Below are positions 40,207 through 49,285 of a stretch of DNA of 64,000 bases, one piece after another. Each line of letters starts with the position of its first letter. The stretch's first letter is position 1. The notes under the pieces are model-generated. The model searched no databases and was not told where the DNA came from. It was given only the letters and a program-made list of their open reading frames with translations. This stretch comes from an uncultured Gemmatimonadales bacterium (GTDB taxonomy: Bacteria; Gemmatimonadota; Gemmatimonadetes; Gemmatimonadales; Gemmatimonadaceae). Both the position numbers and the translations under genes were made by a program. The stretch lies in contig CAWKMU010000003.1 in assembly GCA_963850905.1 (NCBI GenBank), positions 1,696,001 to 1,760,000 of the forward strand, written 5' to 3'.

Positions 40207-41109
40207 GTGAAATTGTCAGTTTTCGTCGCGTGCGCTGTCCTGTCCCTCTGGGGCTGTCAGCGTAGCATCCAACCCCGCACAGCGTTCGACGGCGAGGCCG
40301 CGATGGGCTACGCCAGGACGCTGCTCGCATTTGGGCCACGCGTCCCCGGAACGCCAGGGGCCCAGCACGGCGGCGACTGGATCAACGCCCAGATGCGACT
40401 GCGGGCCGACACGGTCATGGTTCAAAGCTGGAACTACACCACCACCAACGGGACGGTCCTGCCGCTCCGCAACATTCTTGCGCGCTTCCGGCCGACGGCG
40501 ACCGATCGCGTGCTCTACGTGACGCATTGGGACACGCGTCCAATCTCGGACGAAGCCCGCGATTCGGCGCAACGGCAGATCCCCGTACCGGGTGCGAACG
40601 ATGGCGCCTCGGGCGTGGCGCTGTTTATGGCGCTCGGGGACGTGCTCAAGAAGACACCGCCGACCGTCGGCGTCGATCTGCTGTTCGTGGACGGCGAGGA
40701 TTACGGCGACTTCGCGACGATGCATGATGTGTTGCTCGGATCGACGTACTTCGCGACGCACCTGCCCGAACCGGGCTACCGCCCACTGTATGGGATCCTG
40801 TGGGACATGATCGGCGACCGCGACCTGGACATCTATGAAGAGGTCAACTCCGTGCATTTCGCCCCGGAGGTCGTGCAGCGGGTGTGGACACAGGCCGCCG
40901 ACCTCGGGTACGGCCGGTACTTTCTGTCGCAGACGAAATACACGGTGACCGATGACCATCTCCCGCTGCTCAAGGCGGGCCTCCGCGTGATCGACGTCAT
41001 CGATCTCGACTACCCGCCCCACCACACGCCGGAAGACACGATCGACAAGATCTCCGCCCGGTCGCTCCAGGTCGTGGGCGACGTCGCCACCGCGCTCGTG
41101 ACCATGTAG
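40207..41109 (+). CDS. M28 family lipoprotein, glutaminyl-cyclase-like
   Basis: Lipobox LWGC; FGPRVPG, HWDTRP, GANDGASG, DGEDYG, DMIG, DDHLP, HHT. Confidence 0.85.
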   Translation: MKLSVFVACAVLSLWGCQRSIQPRTAFDGEAAMGYARTLLAFGPRVPGTPGAQHGGDWINAQMRLRADTVMVQSWNYTTTNGTVLPLRNILARFRPTATDRVLYVTHWDTRPISDEARDSAQRQIPVPGANDGASGVALFMALGDVLKKTPPTVGVDLLFVDGEDYGDFATMHDVLLGSTYFATHLPEPGYRPLYGILWDMIGDRDLDIYEEVNSVHFAPEVVQRVWTQAADLGYGRYFLSQTKYTVTDDHLPLLKAGLRVIDVIDLDYPPHHTPEDTIDKISARSLQVVGDVATALVTM

Positions 41110-41146
41110 CTACCCGAAAGCGCCCCGAAGCACAGCGGGCCCAGCG

Positions 41147-43078
41147 GTGACGAAACTTTCGCTGGGCGCGTCCTCCACACGTGCCGCCTTCCCCAGTGCC
41201 GACCGCCACTCCGCGGGCGGCTTGGATCATCCTGCGAGCCGTGCCGTGGCCCCACCGCTGACAGCGACCCTGACGTTCGATCGCCTCGGAGATGCGCTGG
41301 TCCGGGACGGCCAGATCACGCGTGAGCAGCTTGCGACAGCCCAGCGCGAGCAGAAGCAGAACGGCGGCACCGTCAACTACCACCTCGTCAAGCTCGGCTA
41401 CGTTCAGGAAGTCGAGATGACGAAGATGCTGGCCCGGCAATACCGAATGCCGGCGGTTGACCTGTCGAAGTTCGAGGTCGACGCGAAGATCCTCAAGCTG
41501 ATCCCGACGGATCTCGCCACGAAGAGCCTCGTGCTGCCGCTCAAGCGCGACGGCCGGACGCTCACGGTCGCCATTGCGGACCCGACGAATCTGGGCGTCA
41601 TCGAAGATCTCAAGTTCATCACGCGGTACGACATTTATCCCGTGCTCGCGGGTGAGTTCACGCTCCGCAACACGATCGAGCGCCACTATGAGGCGTCCGA
41701 CAGCGCGATGCAAACGCTGCTCGACGAGATCGAAGAGGCTGAAGGCGATCTCGAAGTGCTGGAGGACAAGGACGATGAACCGACCGCCGCAGCACTTGCG
41801 GCGGCGGTCGATGACGCGCCCGTGGTCAAACTCATCAACGGCATCTTGAGTGACGCGGTACGCCGCGGCGCCTCCGACATCCACTTCGAGTGCTTCGAGC
41901 ACGAGCTGCGGGTCCGGTACCGCGTGGACGGCGCCCTGCAGGAGGTCATGAAGCCGCCGCTCAAGATGAAGCCGGCGCTCATCTCCCGCTTCAAGATCAT
42001 GTCTCAGCTCAACATCGCCGAACGTCGCGTCCCGCAGGATGGGCGCATCAAGCTGAAGATGGGGAGGCGCGTGATCGATTATCGCGTCTCCACCTTGCCG
42101 ACGCTGTTCGGTGAGAAGGTGGTCCTCCGGATCCTGGACAAGGGGAACCTCACTCTCGATCTCGAGAAGTTCGGCATCGAGCCCCGCGCCGAACGGGAGC
42201 TCATGGAGGCGATTTCGAACCCATACGGGATGGTCCTCGTGACGGGTCCCACGGGATCGGGCAAGACGACGACGCTGTATTCGGCGCTGTCGAAGATCAA
42301 CAACATCGATGTGAACATCATGACGGCTGAGGATCCTGTCGAGTACAATCTCTTCGGGATCAACCAGGTGCTGGTCCGCAACGATATCGGCATGACGTTC
42401 GCGGCCGCCCTCAAGGCGTTCCTCCGTCAGGACCCGAACATCATCATGGTCGGCGAGATCCGCGATCTCGAGACCGGCGGCATCGCCATCAAGGCGGCGC
42501 TCACGGGGCACCTCGTGCTGTCGACGTTGCACACCAACTCGGCACCGGAGACTGTCACGCGGTTGCTCGACATGGGACTCGAGCCCTTCAACGTCGCGAG
42601 CGCCCTCAATCTCGTACTGGCGCAGCGACTGGTGCGCCGGGTCTGCAAGAACTGCAAGACGCAATACCAGCCGGACGACGCCGACTTCGCCGGCATGAAG
42701 GTCAAGGCGTCGACGACGCTCCGCGAGATGCGATTCACCGATGAGGCGCTGCAGGATGCCAAAGGCCGCGCGACGCCGGAAGCCGCACCGTTTCTCGAGC
42801 GTCTCTCGCTCGACACGACCGTGGGCGAGCTCCCGTACTTCAAGGGCGGCGGATGCAACGAGTGCGCCGGCACTGGACTCAAGGGCCGCCAGGGCCTCTA
42901 CGAAGTGATGTTCCTGACTCCCCACCTGCGCAAGCTGATTCTCCAGAACGTCGGCGCCGCCGAGATTCGCGACGCGGCGATCGAAGAGGGGATGCTGACG
43001 CTGCGCATGGACGGGTGGCTGAAGATCCTGAAAGGTATCACCACGATGGAGCAAGTCGTCCGCGAGACGAGCGTATGA
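41147..43078 (+). CDS. pilB: Type IV pilus assembly ATPase PilB (true start possibly ~41245)
   Basis: MshEN-like N-terminus, ASDIH, ERRVPQDG, GPTGSGKTT, LRQDP, STLHTN and two CxxC motifs. Confidence 0.96.
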   Translation: MTKLSLGASSTRAAFPSADRHSAGGLDHPASRAVAPPLTATLTFDRLGDALVRDGQITREQLATAQREQKQNGGTVNYHLVKLGYVQEVEMTKMLARQYRMPAVDLSKFEVDAKILKLIPTDLATKSLVLPLKRDGRTLTVAIADPTNLGVIEDLKFITRYDIYPVLAGEFTLRNTIERHYEASDSAMQTLLDEIEEAEGDLEVLEDKDDEPTAAALAAAVDDAPVVKLINGILSDAVRRGASDIHFECFEHELRVRYRVDGALQEVMKPPLKMKPALISRFKIMSQLNIAERRVPQDGRIKLKMGRRVIDYRVSTLPTLFGEKVVLRILDKGNLTLDLEKFGIEPRAERELMEAISNPYGMVLVTGPTGSGKTTTLYSALSKINNIDVNIMTAEDPVEYNLFGINQVLVRNDIGMTFAAALKAFLRQDPNIIMVGEIRDLETGGIAIKAALTGHLVLSTLHTNSAPETVTRLLDMGLEPFNVASALNLVLAQRLVRRVCKNCKTQYQPDDADFAGMKVKASTTLREMRFTDEALQDAKGRATPEAAPFLERLSLDTTVGELPYFKGGGCNECAGTGLKGRQGLYEVMFLTPHLRKLILQNVGAAEIRDAAIEEGMLTLRMDGWLKILKGITTMEQVVRETSV

Positions 43079-43112
43079 CTCCAGAGCTGTCGTCCCCCAC
43101 GAGCCGCCTGCC

Positions 43113-44300
43113 ATGACTGTCCCTGCCGCTGCGTCACCCGGGCCCGCGCCGGCCCCGGCGCAGCAAAGTGTCAACCTCCGCGCGCTGCTCGAGGAGATGA
43201 TCGAGCGCGATGCGTCGGACCTCCACATCACGGCCGGCGAGCGGCCGAAGTTGCGGATCGATGGCGACATCACGAACTCGCAGATCGAGTACGTGATGAC
43301 CCCCAAGGATACGCTCATGCTGGCGTATTCGGTCCTCACGGAAAATCAAAAGAAACGCTTCGAGCTCGACGACGAGCTGGATTTCTCGTTCGGTATTCAG
43401 AACCTCGCGCGATTCCGTGGCAACTGCTTCAAGCAGCGTGGCTGCGTCTCGATGGTGATCCGACAGATCCCGTTCTCGGTGAAGACCTTTCAGGACCTCG
43501 GCTTGCCCGGGGTGATCGCCAAGCTCGCCGAGAAGCCGCGCGGATTGGTGTTGGTGACCGGACCGACCGGCTCGGGCAAGTCGACGACCCTCGCCGCCAT
43601 GATCGACAAGATCAACCGGGAACGGAAAGGCCACATCATCACAGTGGAAGATCCGATCGAGTTCATCCACCGGCATCAGGGCTGCATCGTCAATCAGCGC
43701 GAGGTCGGGACCGACACCAAGTCCTTCAGCAATGCCCTGAAGTACGCGCTCCGCGAGGATCCCGATGTCATTCTGATCGGCGAAATGCGCGACCTGGATA
43801 CGATCCAGGCCGCGTTGACGATCGCGGAAACAGGGCACCTGGCCTTCGCGACGCTGCATACCAACTCGGCAGCCGAGGCCGTGAACCGCATCATCGACGT
43901 TTTCCCGTCGCACCAACAGTCGCAGGTCCGCGCCCAGCTGGCGTTCGTGCTCGAAGGGATCATCACCCAAACGCTTCTGGCGAAGGCCAAGGGGCGGGGG
44001 CGCTCGTTGGCGGCGGAGATCCTCGTTGTCACGCCCGCAATCCGCGCGCTCATCCGGGATGACAAGGTCCACCAGATCTATTCCCTGATGCAGTCCGGAA
44101 AGAAATACGGGATGCAGACGCTCAACGACGCCCTGTACAACCTGTACATGGGACGGGAGGTGGAGCTCGACGAGTGCCTCCGTGTCTCCAGCGACCCCAA
44201 CGAGTTACTGCGCATGGTGGGGCATCTGGCGCCGGAGGACTCCGACGGCAAACCGACGGGGCCTCCTCCGCAACGGGCGCCCGCCGGTGGCAAGCGGTGA
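43113..44300 (+). CDS. pilT: Type IV pilus retraction ATPase PilT
   Basis: ASDLH, GPTGSGKST, LREDPD, AIRALIRD. Confidence 0.96.
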   Translation: MTVPAAASPGPAPAPAQQSVNLRALLEEMIERDASDLHITAGERPKLRIDGDITNSQIEYVMTPKDTLMLAYSVLTENQKKRFELDDELDFSFGIQNLARFRGNCFKQRGCVSMVIRQIPFSVKTFQDLGLPGVIAKLAEKPRGLVLVTGPTGSGKSTTLAAMIDKINRERKGHIITVEDPIEFIHRHQGCIVNQREVGTDTKSFSNALKYALREDPDVILIGEMRDLDTIQAALTIAETGHLAFATLHTNSAAEAVNRIIDVFPSHQQSQVRAQLAFVLEGIITQTLLAKAKGRGRSLAAEILVVTPAIRALIRDDKVHQIYSLMQSGKKYGMQTLNDALYNLYMGREVELDECLRVSSDPNELLRMVGHLAPEDSDGKPTGPPPQRAPAGGKR

Positions 44301-44330
44301 GACGGGCAGGCGGGGACGGTCGTCAAGAGC

Positions 44331-44356
44331 CAGGGTTAGGGGTTAGAGGTCAGGGA
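44331..44356. repeat. Heptamer tract (GGGTTAG-like) in the pilT-pilC spacer
   Basis: cagggttaggggttagaggtcaggga; a similar reverse-complement tract lies at 21678-21697. Confidence 0.6.
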
Positions 44357-44420
44357 ACGACAACGGCCGGCTGCAACGGCCGGTTGCGAGCCCGTGGCAT
44401 ATCACTCGGAAAACCATACT

Positions 44421-45620
44421 ATGCCTAGCTTCACCTACACTGCACGAGCCCTGAACGGCGAGCTCAAAACGGCGACGATCGACGCGGCTACCCGCGAGGA
44501 CGTCGTCGCCCAGCTGCGGCGCCAGCGGTTGACCGTCGTCAAGGTCGACGAGGAAGCGAAGCGCCGAAAGCCGAGCGGTGGCGGCATCAAGATGCGGGAC
44601 ATCGTCATCTTCACGCGGCAGTTCTCGACGATGATCAACTCGGGTCTCCCGCTGGTGCAGGCGCTCGACATTCTCGCCAAGCAGAGCCAGAACAAGGCGC
44701 TCCAGGATGTGACGCGCGCCGTGGTATTCGACGTCGAGTCGGGGCACACCGTGGCCGATGCGCTCCGGAAGCATCCGCGGGCCTTCAATGAGCTCTACGT
44801 CAACATGGTCGCGGCGGGCGAGGCCGGCGGTATTCTCGACACGATCCTGATGCGTCTCGCGACGTTCATGGAGAAGAACGACGCCCTCGTCCGCAAGGTG
44901 AAGGGCGCCATGATCTACCCCTGCGTCATCATGGCGGTCGCCGCGATCGCCTGCAGCGTGTTGCTGATCTTCGTCATCCCCGTGTTCGAGAACATGTTCG
45001 GGTCGGTCGGCCTCGCGCTGCCGCTGCCGACCCGCATCGTGATCGGAGTCTCAAAATTCATCCGCGGATACGGCGGGCTCGCGGCGGTCGGTGGCGCGAT
45101 TGGCGGCGGGTTCGCGGTCAAGAACTACTATGCGACGCCAGTCGGCAAGCTGCAGATCGACCGCCTGCTGCTGAGCCTCCCGGTGCTGGGTGATGTGTTG
45201 CGCAAGTCGGCCGTCTCGCGCTTCACCCGCACACTGGGCACGCTCATCAGCTCCGGTGTCAGCATTCTCGATGGTCTCGAGATCACAGCCAAGACCTCCG
45301 GCAACCGGGTCATTCAGGACGCGATCATGCAGTCGCGAGCCAGCATCGCCGGCGGTGACACGATTGCCGCGCCGTTGGCCAAGTCCGCCGTGTTTCCGCC
45401 AATGGTGATCTCGATGATCGCCGTCGGTGAGTCCACCGGTGGTCTCGACGAAATGCTGGCGAAAATCGCCGACTTCTACGACGAAGAGGTCGACGCAGCG
45501 GTCTCCGCGCTCCTCTCCCTGCTCGAGCCGGTCATGATCGTGTTTCTCGGTGTGGTCGTCGGCGGCATGGTGGTCGCCATGTACCTGCCGATCTTCGACA
45601 TGATCAATGCGGTGAAATAA
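44421..45620 (+). CDS. pilC: Type IV pilus platform protein PilC
   Basis: FTRQFSTMINSGLP, GEAGGILD, AMIYP, MYLPIF. Confidence 0.96.
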   Translation: MPSFTYTARALNGELKTATIDAATREDVVAQLRRQRLTVVKVDEEAKRRKPSGGGIKMRDIVIFTRQFSTMINSGLPLVQALDILAKQSQNKALQDVTRAVVFDVESGHTVADALRKHPRAFNELYVNMVAAGEAGGILDTILMRLATFMEKNDALVRKVKGAMIYPCVIMAVAAIACSVLLIFVIPVFENMFGSVGLALPLPTRIVIGVSKFIRGYGGLAAVGGAIGGGFAVKNYYATPVGKLQIDRLLLSLPVLGDVLRKSAVSRFTRTLGTLISSGVSILDGLEITAKTSGNRVIQDAIMQSRASIAGGDTIAAPLAKSAVFPPMVISMIAVGESTGGLDEMLAKIADFYDEEVDAAVSALLSLLEPVMIVFLGVVVGGMVVAMYLPIFDMINAVK

Positions 45621-45624
45621 GGGC

Positions 45625-45732
45625 TGGACGTTAGACGTTGGACGTTGGAGACAAACCTCGAGGGCCAGCCACGGTGCACCGTAGCTGGCCCTCGAGGTTT
45701 GTTAACGTCTAACGTCTAACGTCCAACGTCTA
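45625..45732. repeat. Long palindrome with GACGTTR heptamer arms (possible bidirectional terminator)
   Basis: Perfect 19-bp stem 45651-45669 / 45684-45702, flanked by (TRGACGT)n and (AACGTCY)n. Confidence 0.9.
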
Positions 45733-46413
45733 CCGTCTAAGTTCGAACACAAACGCCTGCTCCACCAGTTGCCGCACGCGATGCCCATTCACCTCGGCCG
45801 GGTAGAACCGCATTCGCGGCAGCGCGGTCTTGACGGCGACGTCGAACAGATCGTTGTCCGTCTCCAGCACGTGCAGGCTTCCGGGCTCGACATGGCCGAG
45901 CGTATCCACAACGAACTGCTCGACGACCCGCCCAGAAATGCCGGACTCCTCGAGTATCGGCGGGTAGACTGGCTGGGCTGAGCCAGGCGCGGCTGCGGCG
46001 GCCTTCTCCACTTGATTGACAAGGTAGGGCTGATTCGTCGGCGTGCCCGGCGCGCTGTCGCCCGACCCCGTGAGTCCGGTAGCCCGCCGTCTCCAGAAAT
46101 CGGAGTCGACGACGGACTTCGTGAAGTCGATGTGCGGGAGAGACTCCGGCACCGTCAGGGGGAAATCGGGTCCCGGTCCCTTGACCGGCGGCGGCGGAGC
46201 GATCGGATTGGACGGGGGGACGGGCCGCGGTCGCTCGGGTTGGTAGGGCGTCAGCGGCTGAAAGACGTCAGTGATCGGAGGCGGCTTCGTATTCGCTCTC
46301 GCGGTCGCGTACACGGCGAACGAGATAATGACGGTGTGCGCCACGACGCTCAGCACAGTGCCGGCACGGTGACGTGGTCGTGTCCCTCTCGACTCGACGA
46401 GTGTGGTAAACAC
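45730..46413 (-). CDS. tonB: Energy transducer TonB
   Basis: GGAGGA RBS; TM helix SVVAH; Pro-rich linker; YP...FVVDTLG...RFYPA C-domain. Confidence 0.9.
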   Translation of the reverse strand: MFTTLVESRGTRPRHRAGTVLSVVAHTVIISFAVYATARANTKPPPITDVFQPLTPYQPERPRPVPPSNPIAPPPPVKGPGPDFPLTVPESLPHIDFTKSVVDSDFWRRRATGLTGSGDSAPGTPTNQPYLVNQVEKAAAAAPGSAQPVYPPILEESGISGRVVEQFVVDTLGHVEPGSLHVLETDNDLFDVAVKTALPRMRFYPAEVNGHRVRQLVEQAFVFELRR

Positions 46414-46503
46414 TGGCTCCTCCGATTGTTCGGCGAACCGACGGGGCGGCTCATTGCCGTTGCCGCTACCGAAGCCAGTGTACGCAGGCCGGATGGCGCT
46501 GCT

Positions 46504-46563
46504 GTTACCGAAGGATTAGAAGAACGCTCCTCGTCGATTACGGTTTGTTTAAGGAGGGATTAC
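46504..46563 (-). promoter_or_regulatory. 11-bp phased direct-repeat array, putative OmpR/PhoB-family operator
   Basis: TTA(C/G/A) at 46505, 46516, 46538, 46549 and 46560. Confidence 0.55.
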
Positions 46564-46624
46564 GGTTGGGAAGGGAGCAGAAACATGACTGGCCGCGGGC
46601 GGTGATGGGGCACGCGCGTGTGGA

Positions 46625-47029
46625 TCAACGTCCACGCCACCGCTCCAGCGTCCGACGATCCTTCTTGGTGGGACGGCCCTGCTCACGGCCCGACGGGAGC
46701 GATCGGAGCTGTAGTGCCAATGCCTCCCGGGCCGTGCGGCTGGCGGGCGTCTCTTCGTACAGTCGTGCCGCGTCGGCGGCCCGCCCCCGGTGTTCGCTCA
46801 ACACCCGCACCAGCAGGTGTGTTTCAAATGGTGGGTGTCGCACGCTCACCCGATCGCCTACCTGTAGCAGCCGCGCGGGCTTGGCCCGCTCGCCATTTAC
46901 ATCGACCTTGCCGCCACCTACCGCGTCGGCCGCGATCGACCGTGTCTTGAACAAGCGCGCGGCCCAGAGCCATTTGTCCAGTCTGACCCTGCCGAGGTCG
47001 CTTTTGCTATCCATTTGTTTGTCCATCAT
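46625..47029 (-). CDS. hslR: Ribosome-associated heat shock protein Hsp15 (S4 domain)
   Basis: VRLDKWLWAARLFKTRS, LYEET, GRPTKKDRR. Confidence 0.95.
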   Translation of the reverse strand: MMDKQMDSKSDLGRVRLDKWLWAARLFKTRSIAADAVGGGKVDVNGERAKPARLLQVGDRVSVRHPPFETHLLVRVLSEHRGRAADAARLYEETPASRTAREALALQLRSLPSGREQGRPTKKDRRTLERWRGR

Positions 47030-47246
47030 GAACTTGCGTCACGCACCGAGCATGACTGTGGCACTAAGAGATGGTGAACGAGGTACCAAAATGGGCACAA
47101 GTCCGTCACGTTGCAGTGGACCCCTGTCGCGGCATGGACTCTTGAGCACGTCGTCCGCTACGAAGCGAATAAACTACTAAACCCGGTACCGCGGCGAGGT
47201 CTGCCGACGACGTGCCAGGGCTGAGCCCTATTGATTTCTTGATGTC

Positions 47247-48513
47247 ATGATTGCCACGGCTCCTATTGAGCAACGGCTCTTTCCCGCGGCGAACCCGTCC
47301 GCACCGTTCGATCTCGCTGACGCTGATCTGCCTCCCCACGTCCGGCCGCTGGCGGAGCTCGGCGTACTCGATATCACGAAGTGGTTTGGCGAGACGAGCG
47401 GCGGCGTCAAGACATATCTCCTCCAGAAGGCCCGATATGTCGAGCAGCGGTCGACCCTGCGGCAGGTGCTCGTCATTCCCGGCGCCCGCGACTCCATCAC
47501 GACCGGTGACGGCGTGCGGTGCTACCGCCTCCGCGGCCCGCGAATTCCGACGCAGCATCCCTACCGTTTCATGCTCGCGACGCGGTCGATCCAGCGTATT
47601 GTCGAGCACGAACGACCTGACATCATCGAGGTCGGAAGTCCATTCCTCGTGCCGTGGATCACCCGCCGCGCGGCCCGCCGCTTGGACGTGCCGCTAGTGA
47701 TGTTCTTTCATAGCAACTTCCCGCGGACGATTTGCGCGTTCCCCGAGCGCGCGTCGCGCGTTCGCCAGCACGCCAGCAACGCGCTCTGGCGGTACGTGCG
47801 GCGACTCAACCAGGAGTTCGAGGCAACGATTGTCGCCTCGGACTTCATGGCGAACGACCTCCGGGCCCATGGCGCCCAGCGCGTCGTCCAGATCCCGTTG
47901 GGCGTGGATCTCGCACACTTTCATCCGCGACGACGCGCGGACGCTGCGCAGACCCGTGAGCTCATCGGACTGCCGCCCAACGCACCTGTCGTCGGATTCG
48001 TCGGGCGATTCGCGCGTGAGAAGGAAGTCGACATCCTTGTCGAGGCGTGGGAGATGATCGAGCAGCGGACCGACGCATACCTGGCGTTGGTCGGAGACGG
48101 TCCCGCCCGGCGTCGGCTCCGCGCGCACAGCCGAGGTTCGCGGGTCATCTCGGATCCCCTATCAAAACGATCGCGAACAGCTCGCGAATGTGCTCGCGGC
48201 GCTCGACATCTTCGTTTCGCCCGGATCGATCGAGACGTTCGGGCTCTCGGCACTCGAGGCCGCCGCATCGGGGACGCCTGTCATCTCGGCGAACCGGGGC
48301 GGCGTGTCCGAGCAGATCCGTCAATCAGGCGGCGGGGCCCTTTTTGCCTCCGGCGACGCCGGCGCGCTGGCTGAAGTCGCGGTCCGCATGCTGCAGACGC
48401 CGAGTGATTGGTCGCGGCTGGGTGCACTGGGACGCGCTTATGCGGAACGTGAGCACTCCTGGAGCCGCGTCTTCGATCGGATCTTTGACGTCTACCGCCG
48501 CGTCGTCGCGTAG
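47247..48513 (+). CDS. GT4 glycosyltransferase, split by a +1 frameshift at ~48151
   Basis: SGGVKTYL and FVGRFAREK in one frame; ETFGLSALEAAASGTPV in the 48190-48513 frame. Confidence 0.88.
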
Positions 48514-49285
48514 TCCGCGACCGGCCGGCGCGGGCGGGGCGCCCCGGCGCGCTCTGCTCGTTTCCATTCATGACGTCGCTCCACCGCTCGAACGCCGCGT
48601 ACGCGAGCTCTGGGCGCTCTGCCAAGCTCGGGGGATCACCCCAGCGCTGCTCGTCGTACCCAACTGGCACGGGGATGCGCCGCTCGAGACGGCGCCCGCC
48701 TTCGTGCGCTGGGTAAGCGAGTGCGCCCACCGGGGCGCCGAGGTGTTTCTGCATGGCGAGCGCCATGACGAGTATGGACTCGCACGCGGGTGGCGCGATG
48801 CATGGCGCGCGTGGGGTCGCACGGCACGCGAAGGCGAGTTCCTGACGCTGGACGAACCCCGGGCCACCGAGCGGATCGAGCGCGGTCTCGGGTGTCTGCG
48901 CAGCCTCGGCCTCGAGCCGATCGGGTTCGTGCCGCCGGCGTGGCTCGCGCACCCGGCCTGCTGGCGCGCTGTGGGACGCGCCGGGCTGCGATTCAGCGAG
49001 GATGCGCAATCCGTGCGCATCCACGCGGGCGATCACCTGACGGAGATCCGGTCGCCGGTCGTGCGCTGGAGCAGTCGGACCGCGCTCCGCACACACGGAT
49101 CCGTGGCAGTGGCCGCGGCCCGTTGGCGAGCACAGCGTCGAGCCCCGTATGTGCGCATCGCGCTGCATCCCGGCGATCTCGCCGACCCGAGAACCGCGCG
49201 ATCTGTGGCGATCGCGCTCGACCACTGGCTGAGTGACAGGCCCGCGGCGCCATACGCCACCCTGCGCGCCGACGAGTGTGCGTGA
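48485..49285 (+). CDS. DUF2334 / polysaccharide deacetylase-like protein (TTG start inferred)
   Basis: VSIHDVAP, LLVVP, LHGERH, EGEF, GFVPPAW, RIALHP. Confidence 0.82.
   Translation: MTSTAASSRSPRPAGAGGAPRRALLVSIHDVAPPLERRVRELWALCQARGITPALLVVPNWHGDAPLETAPAFVRWVSECAHRGAEVFLHGERHDEYGLARGWRDAWRAWGRTAREGEFLTLDEPRATERIERGLGCLRSLGLEPIGFVPPAWLAHPACWRAVGRAGLRFSEDAQSVRIHAGDHLTEIRSPVVRWSSRTALRTHGSVAVAAARWRAQRRAPYVRIALHPGDLADPRTARSVAIALDHWLSDRPAAPYATLRADECA

Noticed and set aside
40997..43339. 780-aa antisense ORF opposite pilB, and similar long ORFs (6585-8264, 10338-11912, 12780-14231)
   Set aside because: Shadow ORFs expected from high-GC codon bias; no recognisable motifs
12704..45732. Intergenic repeats as a CRISPR array or autonomous IS
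   Set aside because: No regular repeat-spacer array, cas gene or transposase
44390..47120. Sigma-54 promoter candidates (TGGCAT at ~44395, TGGCAC at ~47059)
   Set aside because: No TTGC -12 element at the required GG-N10-GC spacing
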